This document shows, piece by piece, positions 34,996 through 35,965 of a stretch of 35,965 bases of DNA. A program made the translations under genes and the position numbers. Below the pieces are notes generated by a model. The model was not told the origin of the DNA, ran no database searches, and was given only the letters and a program-made list of their open reading frames with translations. Source of the stretch: Ilumatobacteraceae bacterium (GTDB taxonomy: Bacteria; Actinomycetota; Acidimicrobiia; Acidimicrobiales; Ilumatobacteraceae); NCBI GenBank assembly GCA_044235415.1, contig JBIIHV010000001.1, forward strand, positions 1-35,965, given 5' to 3'. The number at the start of each line of letters is the position of its first letter. Position 1 is the stretch's first letter.

Positions 34996-35430
34996 TCAGG
35001 CTACGGGTCGGTACCTCGTCGCGCCGTGGGCCGCAGCGACAACCGTCAGCGGCGCGGGCGTCTGCTCGGTGTCGACGAACCCGTGTCCCACGAGCGCGGC
35101 CCACATCGCACTGCGCACGTGGTCGCTGTCGGGACTGGCCAGCCTGTTCGCCCGCACCACGCCCTCGACCATGTCGGCGAGGACCGCGGCAAAGGGACGA
35201 CCGCGCACCGCCACCGCCACCACGGCGCCACCCGGCGCGCGGCGAATGGTGCGCTGCGCGCCCAGCACCCGCGGCGGACTACGGAACGCCGGGGCGTCGT
35301 GACCCAGCCGTCGGGCCTCGGCGGCCAGCACGCGGGCGGCGGCCGCGAACTGCAGCGTCGGGGAGGCGGGCGTGGACGCCGCGCGGCCACCACCCGCCAC
35401 CGCTCCGAGTCCGACACCGCGTCCGTCCAT
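34996..35430 (-). CDS. hypothetical protein (144 aa)
   Basis: C-terminal part of the 251-aa track ORF, from ATG 35430 (GGGAG about 11 nt upstream). The region RSPPRVLGAQRTIRRAPGGAVVAVAVRGRPFAAVLADMVEGVVRAN looks conserved. It is divergent from the right-edge gene. Confidence 0.5.
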   Translation of the reverse strand: MDGRGVGLGAVAGGGRAASTPASPTLQFAAAARVLAAEARRLGHDAPAFRSPPRVLGAQRTIRRAPGGAVVAVAVRGRPFAAVLADMVEGVVRANRLASPDSDHVRSAMWAALVGHGFVDTEQTPAPLTVVAAAHGATRYRPVA

Positions 35431-35445
35431 GAGGGGGTGACGCTC

Positions 35446-35459
35446 CCACACCGGTGTGG
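35446..35459. repeat. perfect 14-bp palindrome CCACACCGGTGTGG in a 42-bp divergent intergenic region
   Basis: Read directly from the sequence. It is centred between ATG 35430 (minus) and ATG 35473 (plus). Candidate shared operator. Confidence 0.5.
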
Positions 35460-35472
35460 CACATTTGCCGGC

Positions 35473-35965
35473 ATGAGCGAGGCCGGCGTCCTGAACCCGA
35501 TGCAGCAGGAGGTCCTCGCCGCGCTCGCAAAGCCCGCAGGGTGGGAACCGCTCGGCGACGACGTCGTCGCAGCAGTGCGCGAGCAGCTGCGCGCCGGCGT
35601 CGAGCACCTCGCCGACCGGCTTCCCGAGGGCGACACGCTCTGGGTCAGCAAGCACGCGCTCGCGACCGTGCACGCGTGCGAGCGCAACCACCTGGAGGGC
35701 GGCCGCGACTTCGAGTGGTCGATCGCCACCATCCGCGGCACGGTGCTGCACCGCTGCATCGAGCTCGCGGTCAATTGGCGCGGGGATCCGTCGCCCGCCG
35801 ACATCGTCGACGAGTCGCTCGCGCAGTACGAGGCCTCAACGGACGGCTCTGCCGGCGAGTGGATCGCGGCGCTGCCGCCGGGCGAGCGCGCCCTGCTGCG
35901 CGGCCAGATGGTCGACCTCTTCTCCAAGTTCGAGGAGTGCTTCCCGCCGCTGCAGCGCTCGTGGC
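35473..35965 (+). CDS. hypothetical protein, 5' part (runs off the window); possibly a PD-(D/E)XK/Cas4-like nuclease N-terminus
   Basis: Not in the ORF track because no stop falls within the window. ATG 35473 is followed by 164 open codons with strong G/C third-position bias: MSEAGVLNPMQQEVLAALAKPAGWEPL...VSKHALATVHACERNHL...IRGTVLHRCIEL.... The S..l....C.r and G..lH..iE spacing is reminiscent of RecB/Cas4-type nuclease N-termini. The family call is weak. Confidence 0.6.
   Translation, partial: MSEAGVLNPMQQEVLAALAKPAGWEPLGDDVVAAVREQLRAGVEHLADRLPEGDTLWVSKHALATVHACERNHLEGGRDFEWSIATIRGTVLHRCIELAVNWRGDPSPADIVDESLAQYEASTDGSAGEWIAALPPGERALLRGQMVDLFSKFEECFPPLQRSW

Overview
Very GC-rich segment (third codon positions are almost always G/C). 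It reads like actinobacterial core chromosome, not a mobile island. I call 37 protein-coding genes. Two are cut by the window edges; the right-edge one is missing from the supplied ORF track because it has no stop. I also call one tRNA-Leu(UAA), two coding tandem repeats, one strong hairpin terminator, several perfect palindromes and nine putative leaderless promoters.

Gene content is mostly housekeeping:
- Central metabolism: pgi, gpmI, gpsA, argG.
- Cell envelope: SpoIID-SGNH-PG-binding protein, glf plus a GlfT2-like transferase, a GT2 / L,D-transpeptidase / hydrolase / TetR operon, two EamA/RarD transporters, an ABC-2 exporter.
- Nucleoid and DNA-damage regulation: HU, a separate Lys/Ala-rich histone-tail-like ORF, fused PafBC, a DnaQ-like exonuclease, rnhB, WhiB.
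- F420-related genes: fbiD/cofC and a PPOX-class protein.

I found no recognisable defence system, CRISPR array, integrase or transposase. The points most worth follow-up are:
1. An orphan Cys-type selD translationally coupled to an uncharacterised 409-aa protein, in a gpsA-hyp-selD-rnhB-sirtuin chain of GTGA overlaps, with a rhodanese-E1 (MoeB-like) gene just downstream.
2. An apparent fission of mycobacterial-type HupB into an HU core gene plus a stand-alone Lys/Ala-rich gene with its own strong SD.
3. A fused PafBC carrying a PVKKAK-repeat tail.
4. An 835-bp palindrome-rich hup-whiB intergenic region containing a PhoH2/PIN-like relic.
5. A consistent TANNNT-N6/7-start geometry that defines transcription units.

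All functional calls come from motif recognition by eye. No database search was run.
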